From Solirubrobacteraceae bacterium (GTDB lineage: Bacteria; Actinomycetota; Thermoleophilia; Solirubrobacterales; Solirubrobacteraceae), in assembly GCA_050696515.1 (NCBI GenBank), contig JBOGYA010000001.1:1-46271 (forward strand): DNA of 46,271 bases, written 5' to 3'. Shown here one piece after another: positions 19,103 through 27,743 of the stretch. How positions within the stretch are numbered: the stretch's first letter is position 1; every line of letters begins with the position of its first letter. A model generated the notes under the pieces. The model was not told the DNA's origin. It saw only the letters and a list, made by a program, of their open reading frames with translations, and ran no database searches. Position numbers and translations under genes: made by a program.

Positions 19103-20542
19103 TCATGCTCCCATTTCCACCTCTTCGCCCAGCGACAGCGCCGTCGGTGGTGTGGCGACGCGCTCGCGCAGCCGCACCCGCAGGCCCGCGGGGATCATCG
19201 TGAAGCTCAGGCGCTCCCGTACAGGCCCGGCGCTCTCGTCGAGCTCCATCTCGAAGTTTCGGGCGATCATCGCCATCGCGCTCTTAGACTCCAGCAACGC
19301 GAGGTTGCGCCCTGGGCAGAACCTTGGGCCGGCGCCGAAAGACAGGAACGTCTTTTGATCCGGAGTCGCGTGCTCGTCGTCGAGCCACCGTGCGGGTTCG
19401 TAGTCGGCGCCGCTCGCGCGCCGGCCGGCGTAGCGGGTCTCGAGTATCAGGCGTGTGCCGGCCGGTATGTGCGTGTCGCAAACCGTCGTGTCGGCCAGCG
19501 GTTCCACGGTGATCCCGTTCGCTACCGACTTCAGTCGCATCGACTCCCTGAGCACCGCCTCGCCGTAGGAGAACCGCGCGATCAGCTCGTGATCTGTGGG
19601 GAAGCGCTCTCGGTCCAAGAGGACGGCGGCCTCCTCTGCCCAGCGCGCCTGGATGTCCGGGCGCTGCGCGAGAAACCAACTCGTCCACGCCATCGTGTGC
19701 GCCGTGGTGTCCTCGCCGGCGATCAGCAGCGCGAACGTGTTGCCGACGATCTCCTGGTCGGTGAAGCTATCGTCTTCGCGCTGGGTGGCGAGCATCGCCT
19801 CCAGAAAGTTCTCCGGCTCCTCGAATAGCTCCGGGCGCTCTCTCATCCGCGCGCGGGCCTGGTCGACGAACGCGGCAACCGCGCGGTTGAGCTCGACCAC
19901 GGAACGATCTAGGGCGCGGTCGGGCGGCAGCCGCAACCAGCGCCAGTACGGGATCGGGAAGAACAGCCTGAAGTTGAGCATGTTGAAGGTGCGCGCTATG
20001 TGCCGCTGCAGCTCGCTCTCGCCGCGCTCGAGCGTGTTCAGGTCGTGACCGAACGCAAGCGTCGAGGTGATGTCCACCGAGTAGGAGGTGAACTCCTGGG
20101 AGATATCGAACGAGCGCCCCTCGCGTGCCGCCTGCCCCAGCCGCCGATACAGGCGTTCGGTCGCGGTGCGGACCACGTGAAAGTGGCGGTGCAGATGGTT
20201 TGAGTTCAGGGCGGTGACAGCGAGGCGGCGCGAACGGCGCCAGTCCTCCCCCTCGACCGAGAACACCCCGGGAAAGCCGATTTCCGCGAACCCCGACTCG
20301 ATCTCCCGCCAGCGGCGATAGCCCTTCGGACGCTCCCGCAAGATCCGGTTGATCTCATCCACATCGCTGACCGCGACCATCAGCCGCCGTCCCACGCGGA
20401 ACTTGAAGATCGGCCCGTAGCGATCGCACCACTCCTCGACCACGAGGTGCGCCTGACCAAGCCGCCACGTCTGATGCAGGTTGCCCAGCAGCGGCAGCCC
20501 GCGCGGCCCCGGCAGATCGCGAATCGAGCGGGCCGCGCTCAT
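19103..20542 (-). CDS. Cytochrome P450
   Basis: LPGPRGLPLLGNL, I-helix AGEDTT, ExxR (ESMR), heme motif FGAGPRFCPG. Confidence 0.95.
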   Translation of the reverse strand: MSAARSIRDLPGPRGLPLLGNLHQTWRLGQAHLVVEEWCDRYGPIFKFRVGRRLMVAVSDVDEINRILRERPKGYRRWREIESGFAEIGFPGVFSVEGEDWRRSRRLAVTALNSNHLHRHFHVVRTATERLYRRLGQAAREGRSFDISQEFTSYSVDITSTLAFGHDLNTLERGESELQRHIARTFNMLNFRLFFPIPYWRWLRLPPDRALDRSVVELNRAVAAFVDQARARMRERPELFEEPENFLEAMLATQREDDSFTDQEIVGNTFALLIAGEDTTAHTMAWTSWFLAQRPDIQARWAEEAAVLLDRERFPTDHELIARFSYGEAVLRESMRLKSVANGITVEPLADTTVCDTHIPAGTRLILETRYAGRRASGADYEPARWLDDEHATPDQKTFLSFGAGPRFCPGRNLALLESKSAMAMIARNFEMELDESAGPVRERLSFTMIPAGLRVRLRERVATPPTALSLGEEVEMGA

Positions 20543-20706
20543 TTCGCTCTCCCCGGGGTCAACCCACGCGCCAGCCATCCAACAGCGAGCCCGCCAACGG
20601 CTGCCAGCACCGGCGAGGGGTGAAGGCGTCGTGGCCGGCGAGCCAGGATGCGCTCACCCTTCCGGTGCAGCGCGCCGAGCGCCGCGAGCAGCTGAAGCTC
20701 GATCAT
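20539..20706 (-). CDS. Small putative membrane peptide (55 aa) coupled to the P450
   Basis: RBS GGAG; MIELQLLAALGAL...VLAAVGGLAVGWLARG; TGA overlaps the P450 ATG (ATGA). Confidence 0.55.
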   Translation of the reverse strand: MIELQLLAALGALHRKGERILARRPRRLHPSPVLAAVGGLAVGWLARGLTPGRAK

Positions 20707-21121
20707 CGCCTGCTCGTCTCCGCGGGCCGTGGGGTCACTAGGAGGGTTCTGCGAAACCCCCTGCGAAACTCGGGCTCTTTGAGCCCAAGACTTGAGGAAG
20801 GGGCTCCGGTACGGCGTCGCACTTGGCACGCCCACCAGTCGATGGCCCCTTCCTCAAGTAGATTCGAGGAGACAAAGTCCAGGGAAGCGAGTCGCCAAGG
20901 CGAGCAGACCACACGACGACCCGTTGCTTCCTTCCTACTTGACTGCGCTACGCGCCTTGCCGCACTACCACGTCGTTTCCCAATTCCCCAGGGTCCTGCT
21001 CGACCTGCGGCGGGGAGCCGTAGGGCGTGGTTATCCCTCGCTTCGAGGGTTTTCCGGCATCCTCAAGAGGGCTTGCAAGGATCTGCCCTCCTTTCTCTTG
21101 GTAGAGGGGACGCCGGAAAGT

Positions 21122-21343
21122 TTAGGACTTGTGCTCGACGCCCTCGAACAACTCGCTGGCCGGGCAGCCAAGCCCGCAGGCGATCTTCGCCACGACCTTG
21201 ACGCCCGGATCGCGGCGCAACGTCTCGATGCGAGCTATGTCCGTTAGATGCAAGTCCGCTTGCTCCGCCAAACGCTCCTGAGTCAGGCCGCGCTCATGGC
21301 GCAGCCGACGAACATTGGCCGCAAAGGCTTGTAGAGGTTCCAT
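21122..21343 (-). CDS. XRE family HTH regulator (C-protein-like)
   Basis: FAANVRRLRHERGLTQERLAEQADLHLTDIARIETLRRDPGVKVVAKIACGLG. Confidence 0.9.
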   Translation of the reverse strand: MEPLQAFAANVRRLRHERGLTQERLAEQADLHLTDIARIETLRRDPGVKVVAKIACGLGCPASELFEGVEHKS

Positions 21344-21354
21344 GCTCAGAGCCT

Positions 21355-21394
21355 TGAGGCCAATCGGCCATACGTCTATGGCTGATTAGCCATA
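21355..21394. promoter_or_regulatory. Twin 18-bp operators upstream of the XRE gene
   Basis: TGAGGCCAATCGGCCATA (21355-21372) and TATGGCTGATTAGCCATA (21377-21394), 22-bp period. Confidence 0.65.
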
Positions 21395-21430
21395 AGCAAG
21401 GTTCTTCCCGGTCGGGTCGATGGGCGAGTC

Positions 21431-21820
21431 ATGAGACGGTCAATGACACTCGCGCTGACGTTGGTCCTCGTCGGAGGCGTAGCCGGTTGCGGAAGCGGAT
21501 CAAGTGGCGGTCAGTCAACGTCACCGACGACTCGCACGCCCGAACAGGAACGAGCCCGCGCCAGAGGCATCGAACAGGCGAAGGAAATCGAGGCTAAACA
21601 GCAAACGTTTGAACGGAGCAACGCCGAAGAAGCTGAACACACGCCCGAAGAAAATCAGCGCCACCGCGAAGCCGAACAACGCAATAAAGCGGCCGAAGAA
21701 GAGCAGGAAAAAGCAAGTGGGGAAGAGCGAGCGCTTGAAGAGAAAGCAGAAGAATCGCCTGCCGGACAAGCAACAAAGCGATATGAATACGAAAACGCAG
21801 TCCCCAGCCAACAAGAATAG
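21431..21820 (+). CDS. Lipoprotein, Glu/Lys/Gln-rich helical
   Basis: MRRSMTLALTLVLVGGVAG-C lipobox, Gly/Ser linker, charged coiled-coil-like body. Confidence 0.78.
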   Translation: MRRSMTLALTLVLVGGVAGCGSGSSGGQSTSPTTRTPEQERARARGIEQAKEIEAKQQTFERSNAEEAEHTPEENQRHREAEQRNKAAEEEQEKASGEERALEEKAEESPAGQATKRYEYENAVPSQQE

Positions 21821-21887
21821 ATATGGACTCAGGCGAGAATTGAACCGCCGACGCCAACTTCTCAGGTCAGCATCACGTCCACGTTGA

Positions 21888-21933
21888 GCCCATCAGTGGA
21901 GGGTCACCCAAATCCGATCCTCCACTGATGGGC
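21888..21933. terminator. 15-bp inverted repeat between the convergent lipoprotein and transposase genes
   Basis: GCCCATCAGTGGAGG-N16-CCTCCACTGATGGGC; no U-tract. Confidence 0.6.
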
Positions 21934-21948
21934 ATGATATCAAGTCAC

Positions 21949-23082
21949 CTACAAAATCCGTGAGTTACGAGTCTTTGCCAACTCATAGCACAGCTTGGTG
22001 AGAATCGTCAGATCGGCGTGGAGCTTCACTCGCTCGATCCTTCGGACTCTCAGTGGAGTTAGCCCCCATTCATTCTTGAGCCTTCCAAACTCACGCTCGA
22101 CCGAGGCCCTACCGCAGTAGAGCTTCTTCCAACGCTTTGTGTATCGAGGAACGAGCGGGAACAACCTATCGGCCTTCTTCCAGACCGAAGCGGGTGAGCA
22201 TTGGCCGGTCGGACAACGCCACTTGCTTGCCCCACGTTTGTAGTCGGCTCCCGCGAACTGCCAGACGCCGTGCTTGCATCTTGGAGGATTGTGGTCTCCT
22301 TTCTTTACCCCAGCGGTTTCCCTCAACGGGATGATGGGTCGCACGTCGTGCTCCTCGCAGCCTTCGTAGATCGCTCCGCTGTCGTATCCCTTGTCCATCG
22401 CAGCGGTGTGGACGCTGAACCCTCGCTCCCTTACTTCCTCCAGGAGCGAGAGAGCAAACTTCGCCTCTGAGTCCTTGGCGGTCTCCACTGTCCAGGCCAG
22501 AGGAAGGTCTGTAGCAGCATCTACGGCCATGTGGAGCTTGTAACCATAGAATCTCCCACCCTTCTGTGTGGAGATGGCAGAGCGGTGTCCCCAGGAAGCA
22601 TCAGGGTCGCTGTACTCTTCCGGCTTGCGTTCACGGCCACCCTTAGACTTGAACCGCTGACCGTTGGCATATGCCGGTATCGATGATCCGTCGATGGCAA
22701 TGTTCTCGCCCATGTGAGGGTTCTTTGAGCCGAGAGCATTGAGAACAGAGTCGATGCAAGCTTGACGCTGCCCCTCGTACAAGCTCAACTTCTTGGTGAA
22801 TCTGTATACGGCATCGATGCTTGGTACGTCTCGGTCATTGACGCAGCCGATAGCAGCACGCAGCCCGGCATGATCCTTCACCAGCGCCAACGTGCGAGTC
22901 CATGTCGGAATCGCATACAGAGACTTTGCGAGGGCGATGCCCATCAACGTCCTTGTTGAGTAGCCCGGACGCCCTGTCCAGCGAAGGAACTCTATTTGCT
23001 CTATAAGATCAGAGATCTCAATAGAGTCGAGAATAAGTGAGACTGTCTCCGCACAGCGGAGCGCTATGCTTGTCGCGGTCAT
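21949..23082 (-). CDS. DDE transposase (IS5/IS4/IS1182 clan)
   Basis: RBS GGAGGTG; WTGRPGY N-terminus, AIDGS (D), DPDASWG, YGYKLH, MDKGYD (D), YCGRASVEREFGRLK (E); Cys-containing insert between the second D and E. Confidence 0.92.
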   Translation of the reverse strand: MTATSIALRCAETVSLILDSIEISDLIEQIEFLRWTGRPGYSTRTLMGIALAKSLYAIPTWTRTLALVKDHAGLRAAIGCVNDRDVPSIDAVYRFTKKLSLYEGQRQACIDSVLNALGSKNPHMGENIAIDGSSIPAYANGQRFKSKGGRERKPEEYSDPDASWGHRSAISTQKGGRFYGYKLHMAVDAATDLPLAWTVETAKDSEAKFALSLLEEVRERGFSVHTAAMDKGYDSGAIYEGCEEHDVRPIIPLRETAGVKKGDHNPPRCKHGVWQFAGADYKRGASKWRCPTGQCSPASVWKKADRLFPLVPRYTKRWKKLYCGRASVEREFGRLKNEWGLTPLRVRRIERVKLHADLTILTKLCYELAKTRNSRIL

Positions 23083-23216
23083 GGAGCCAACACCTCCGTG
23101 ATCCTGCTCCCCGGAGACGCCAATCTCGCGGGGAGCGCTTTTTAGATTTGGTGCGCTATTCGACGCAGGGGAATAGATTCCTCCCTGGAGTGTGGGGTAG
23201 TGCTCGACAAACATGA

Positions 23217-23291
23217 TGCCCCCGGTGGGATTCGGACCCACAATCTCCCCCTCAGTCAGAGGGGCGCTCTGCTCCATTGAGCTACGGAGGC
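23217..23291 (-). tRNA. Atypical tRNA / tRNA-like gene (nominal anticodon GAC, Val; non-canonical loops)
   Basis: GCCTCCG TA GCTC AATGGAGCA GAGC G CCCCT CTGACTG AGGGG GAGATT GTGGG TCCGAAT CCCAC CGGGGGC A: all four stems pair; T-loop TCCGAAT, pyrimidine at position 37, followed by TCA rather than CCA. Confidence 0.7.
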
Positions 23292-23397
23292 GTCACGCCC
23301 TGGCCACGCTGCATACGTGAGCCAGGGCTCTACTTATGAGCGTTCGCCCAGAGCGGTCTTGAAGGGCCTATCCTGTGGCCATGCCGAAGGCTCTCCG

Positions 23398-23619
23398 ATG
23401 ACCGGCTATCCAATGAGAAGTGCTGCGGAGATGGCCCGCAAGCACGGCCGAGTAGGTCTATCGCTCCGTGATCTTCTACGAGCGAATCCGGGCCTCGTCC
23501 CAGGCCATGCTTGGAACGAGCGCTACGTCATCGACCGAGAGACTGAGGCCCGCATCCTGGGCCATCCAGATTTTGCGGTTGTACGGCGAACCCGAAGCAC
23601 TACGAACAAACGTTCGTAG
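23398..23619 (+). CDS. Small hypothetical protein (transposon cargo)
   Basis: MTGYPMRSAAEMARKHGRVGLSLRDLLRANP..; protein-like composition, start uncertain. Confidence 0.4.
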   Translation: MTGYPMRSAAEMARKHGRVGLSLRDLLRANPGLVPGHAWNERYVIDRETEARILGHPDFAVVRRTRSTTNKRS

Positions 23620-24020
23620 TTTCGCCGACCGGGTCTCAATCAGGATGGAATGCCAGAGAATCGAAATCTGCGAGCGTGGGGTGAAAAGCCAGCTCGGGAA
23701 CCATCCGCATCCCGGATAGCGCAGAGGGCCATCAACCGGCTTCTCTCGCTATCTGGGACTAATTGTAGAAGCAACTATCTAGTTTCGCCGGTCGTTTCGC
23801 AGCCAATCAAGCCGCGATGCAGACAAAGGACCTAATGGGGTAAACGGCTGTCGATCTTGAGGGATCAGGCGGTTTGAGGACCCCTCCGATTTGGCTCGGT
23901 TGAGCCAGAAAGTCGGGTTTCGCAGTTGTCTCCTAGCGGCGAGAGTCACAGACACCGCTCGCCGAAACCACCGCCACCTGGCCAGTCTTGAGCGGACGGA
24001 GTCTGTAACCATCTTCGATC

Positions 24021-26773
24021 ATGGGGAGCGAGGGCGCGCTCATCGGCCGGGAGTCTGAGCTTGCCAAGCTGGAAGCCGATCTCACGTGCAGCCGGCTCGT
24101 GACGGTGACCGGAGCCGGCGGCTGCGGCAAGACACGCCTGGCGCTCGAGCTGGCCGATCGTGTCGCGCGCAAGCAGCAGCCGCCCGCGTGCGCGGTCGCT
24201 GAGCTGTCGAGCATCGCCGACGAGCAGCAGCTCGTGGACGCCTTGCTGGCCGCGGCCGGGGTGCGCGAGCGATTCGGAAGCACCCCGACCCAGGTGCTGC
24301 TCGAGTTCGTCGCACAGCGGAGCGTGCTGCTCGTCCTCGACAACTGCGAGCACCTCCTCGCCCCCGTCGGGGCGCTGACCGGGGAACTGCTGGGCGCTGG
24401 CGCGGAGCTTCGGGTGCTGGCGACGAGCAGGGAGCCGCTCGCGGTCCCCGCAGAGAGAGTGCTCGTGCTGCGCCCGCTGTCCGTGCCCGGCCCGGCGGGC
24501 GGTGTTGGCGCGGTCGTCCGCTCGGACGCCGCGCGGCTGTTCGTCGATCGCGCCGCCCGGAGCAACCCAAGGTTCGCGCTCACGCCCGCGGTCGCCGGAG
24601 CCGTCGCGAAGATCTGCCGCGAGCTGGACGGTCTCCCGCTCGCCTTGGAGCTGGCCGCCGCGCGCCTGGACGTGCTCTCCGCGCACGAGATCGCGGACGG
24701 ACTGGCCCGCCACGGTCGTCTATCGGCAGCGACCGGGGACGACGGAATCGGGCGCCACAGCTCCTTGCATGCCTCGCTGGACTGGAGCTACCAGCTGCTT
24801 GACGACCCCGAGCGGCTGCTGCTACGGCGCCTGTCGCGCTTCTGCGGCGGCTTCACCGCCCCCGCCGCACGCGCTGTCGCGGCGCCTGAGACCAGCCCGG
24901 AGCGCGTTCAGAGGATGTTGGACGCGCTGGAGGCCAAGGGACTGATCGTGCCGATGCGGGCGGGTCGCGAGCGGCGTTGGACTTTCCTTGAGACCGTCGG
25001 CGAGTACGCGGCCGCACAGCTGGCCGCCGCGGGCGAATCCGAGCCGATCGCGGACTTGCACCTTCGGTGGTTTCGAGGCTACGCAGCGCGGGCTGACTCG
25101 TTGCTGCTGGAGGAACGCGGACAGGAGTCGATCGATCACGAGCGGCCGAACCTGCGCCTGGCGCTTGACCGCGCGGTCGAGCACGACGCGAGCTGCGCGC
25201 TCGATATTGCCGCTTCGCTGATGTGCTACTGGGTCCTCGCCGAGCACTACCGGGAAGCGCGCTCCGCTTGCGCGGCCGTGCTGTCGGCTGTGGGCGAGGA
25301 CGCGGACCCCGCCGCGTGTGCGGTCGTGCACTGCGGGGCGGGATTGATTGGCATGCTGAGCGAGGACTACGCGGGGGCGATCGCGAGCACCCAACCGGTC
25401 TCGGGCTGCTCGGCGACGTGGAGGATCCAGGCGCACAGGCCACGTGTCTGCAGTTCTCTTCGATGGTGCTGATCCAAACCGGCCTGGATCTGGCCGAAGG
25501 CATGCGCAACGCCGAACGGGCCGTGGAGCTGGCGCGACGCGCGGTCGACCCGCTGGGACTCGCGTTCGCGCTGGTGAACCTCGCTGTCTCCTGCGGGCTG
25601 TGCGATCGCTTCGACCTGCTCAGCACCGCCTACGACGAGTTCCTGACGATCCCGAATGCGTGCGAGCATGCAAGGCTGCGCACGTGGGCCGAGAACATCG
25701 TCGCGTGGGCGCACGTCGTCGTCGGCTCGCCCAAGCGCGCGCTTGCGCACGCCGATCACGCCATCGCGCTGGAGGGAGAGTGGCCGTCGATGACCTACTT
25801 CCAGCTCGTCGGCTTTCGCATCCAGGCGCTCGCGAGGCTCGGGCGCACCGACCAAGCCCTCGAGGAGGGCGCGAGCGCGATGCGCCGGGCCAAGGAGTCG
25901 GGCGCGCTGCAGGCGGTCCCCGCGATCGAGCTCGCGCTCGTGGTCGCGGAGTACATGCACGGAGCGCTCGACGCGGCCGAGGTCCGGGCGCACCGGCTGC
26001 TCGAGATGCCACACCTGCACACCCTCGCCCTCGTACGCGAGATCCTCGCCCATGTCGCGCTGTCGCGCGGCAATACCAGCGAGGCGCGGGCGCAGGCCCG
26101 CGAGCTGGAAGCGATCGCACAGCGCTCTGGCAGCCCCCGCCACCGCGCGCTCGCGGATCTCATCCAAGGATCCGCCGCAGCCCAGGCTGAAGAAGCCAAG
26201 CCGGCACGCGAGCGACTGCACGCCGCGCTGGCCACCCACGCCGAGCTCGGCCTCGAACGCGAAGCAGCGGACGTGCTCGAAGAGCTCGCCCTGATCGCCG
26301 CGCATGACAGCGACGGGCCGCGTGCCGCTCGCCTCGCAGCCGCCGCGGCGTCGGCGCGCGCATCGCTGAGCTGTGCGCCGGCACCCTGGACGATCGACCG
26401 GCTCGATGCGGCCCGGGCACGCGTCGTCGATCGAGATGGCCGCGGCTGCTGGGAGCAAGCGTGGACCGAAGGCGAGGGGATCACGCTCGCCGAGGCGATC
26501 GTCTACGCGCGCCGGCGCCGAGGACGGCGCGACCGTCCAGCCGCCGGCTGGGCCAGCCTCACCCCGGCCGAGCTCAAGGTGGCACAGCTGGCCACCAGCG
26601 GCATCACGAACCCGGAAATCGCCGCGCAACTGTTCATCGCGCGCAGCACAGTCAAGATGCACCTCGCAAACGTGTACCGCAAGCTCCACGTCGCCAACCG
26701 CACCGAGCTCGCCGCGATGGTCGCGACGAGCAGCGGGCCAACGCGCTCATGGACGCAAGACGGGTCCGACTGA
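24021..26773 (+). CDS. LuxR-family regulator with N-terminal STAND/NB-ARC-like ATPase, frameshifted near 25394
   Basis: LIGRESE, GAGGCGKTRLA, LVLDNCEH, ATSRE, LDGLPLALELAA in ORF 24021-25472; LTPAELKVA..TNPEIAAQLFIARSTVKMHL in ORF 25223-26773; one extra base at about 25394 joins them. Confidence 0.85.
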
Positions 26774-26836
26774 TGCGCCTGGAGTGAGACTGGGCCTGTC
26801 TCACATCGATGAGACGCCGCGCGGTGAGACGTCACA
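26773..26836. repeat. GTCTCA-N6-TGAGAC palindrome cluster D
   Basis: ..TGAGAC (26785-26790) TGGGCCT GTCTCACATCGATGAGAC (26798-26815) GCCGC.. TGAGAC (26825-26830). Confidence 0.75.
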
Positions 26837-26862
26837 CGACGCCGACTATCGTCCACGTGAAG

Positions 26863-27522
26863 ATGCCGCAGTCGTCGCATCCCACGCCACCTGGCTCGCC
26901 TTCTGCCGCGGACGAGCCGAGTTCAGAGCCGAGGAAAGTCAGCGACGAGCTCGACCGCTGGCTGCGGAGCGACGGCATCAAGACCTTGGGCAGTCTCATC
27001 GAGTTGGTCGAGGAGAAGAGCTTCGCGATCGTCTTTGTGCTTCTGCTCGGCGTGTCCGCGCTGCCGCTGCCGACCGGCGGCGCGACGCATGTGTTCGAGA
27101 TCATCGCCGTGCTGCTCGCCCTCCAGTTGATAGCCGGCCGCGAGGAGATCTGGCTGCCGCAGCGCTGGCGCAAACTCGAGCTGGCAGGCAAGACCCAGCA
27201 GCGCTTCATTTCTGCGCTGATGAGGATGATCCGTCGGCTTGAGCGCTTCTCCCGACCCCGCCTGCGCTTCCTGTTCGATCATCGTCTGAGCAACATCGTC
27301 TTTGGGCTGCTCGTGGTCGGCGGCTCAGCCGGCGCCTTCCTCGCCCCTCCGTTCACGGGACTCGACACGCTGCCGTCGCTCGGCGTGGTGCTGCTGTCGC
27401 TCGGCGTGCTGCTCGAAGACTTCGTTGTCGTAGCAGTGGCACTCGTCGTTGGCGTTGCCGGCATCGCGCTTGAGATCGTGCTGGGCAGCGCGGCGATCCA
27501 CGGCCTCGGGAACCTTCTCTAG
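26863..27522 (+). CDS. exoD: Exopolysaccharide synthesis ExoD family membrane protein
   Basis: TLGSLIE..ALPLPTGG..WLPQRW..RRLERFSRPRL..DTLPSLGVVLLSLGVLLED. Confidence 0.82.
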   Translation: MPQSSHPTPPGSPSAADEPSSEPRKVSDELDRWLRSDGIKTLGSLIELVEEKSFAIVFVLLLGVSALPLPTGGATHVFEIIAVLLALQLIAGREEIWLPQRWRKLELAGKTQQRFISALMRMIRRLERFSRPRLRFLFDHRLSNIVFGLLVVGGSAGAFLAPPFTGLDTLPSLGVVLLSLGVLLEDFVVVAVALVVGVAGIALEIVLGSAAIHGLGNLL

Positions 27523-27743
27523 GTAAACCATTCGGTCTCCCCCATGTGACCCAGGGCACGAACTCGAGCTCGCCCGAATCTGGAAGGTCCCGAAGGACCG
27601 TGTGCTCGAAGACCTTCGAGCAAGTCGAGGCAATGATAGGCTGGGCCGACCATGCCCGGGGCGTGCCACATAGCGCTCCACCCGCGGGAGACCACGGTGG
27701 GCAGGGTGTGTATCCATGGGCGGGGCGACTCGTGGGCGGGCCG

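Larger units (their letters stand above)
20742..23932. mobile_element. TIR-bounded cargo-carrying DDE transposon (IS5/IS1182-like) with CTAG target duplication
   Basis: Left end GAGGGTTCTGCGAAACCC (20742-20759) versus right end reverse complement GAGACAACTGCGAAACCC (23915-23932), 14/18 identical; CTAG at 20738-20741 and 23933-23936; interior visibly more AT-rich than the flanks; contains a DDE transposase. Confidence 0.8.

Noticed and set aside
23083..23277. 64-aa N-terminal extension of the transposase in the ORF track
   Set aside because: It runs through the tRNA-like gene; a strong GGAGGTG RBS supports the ATG at 23082.
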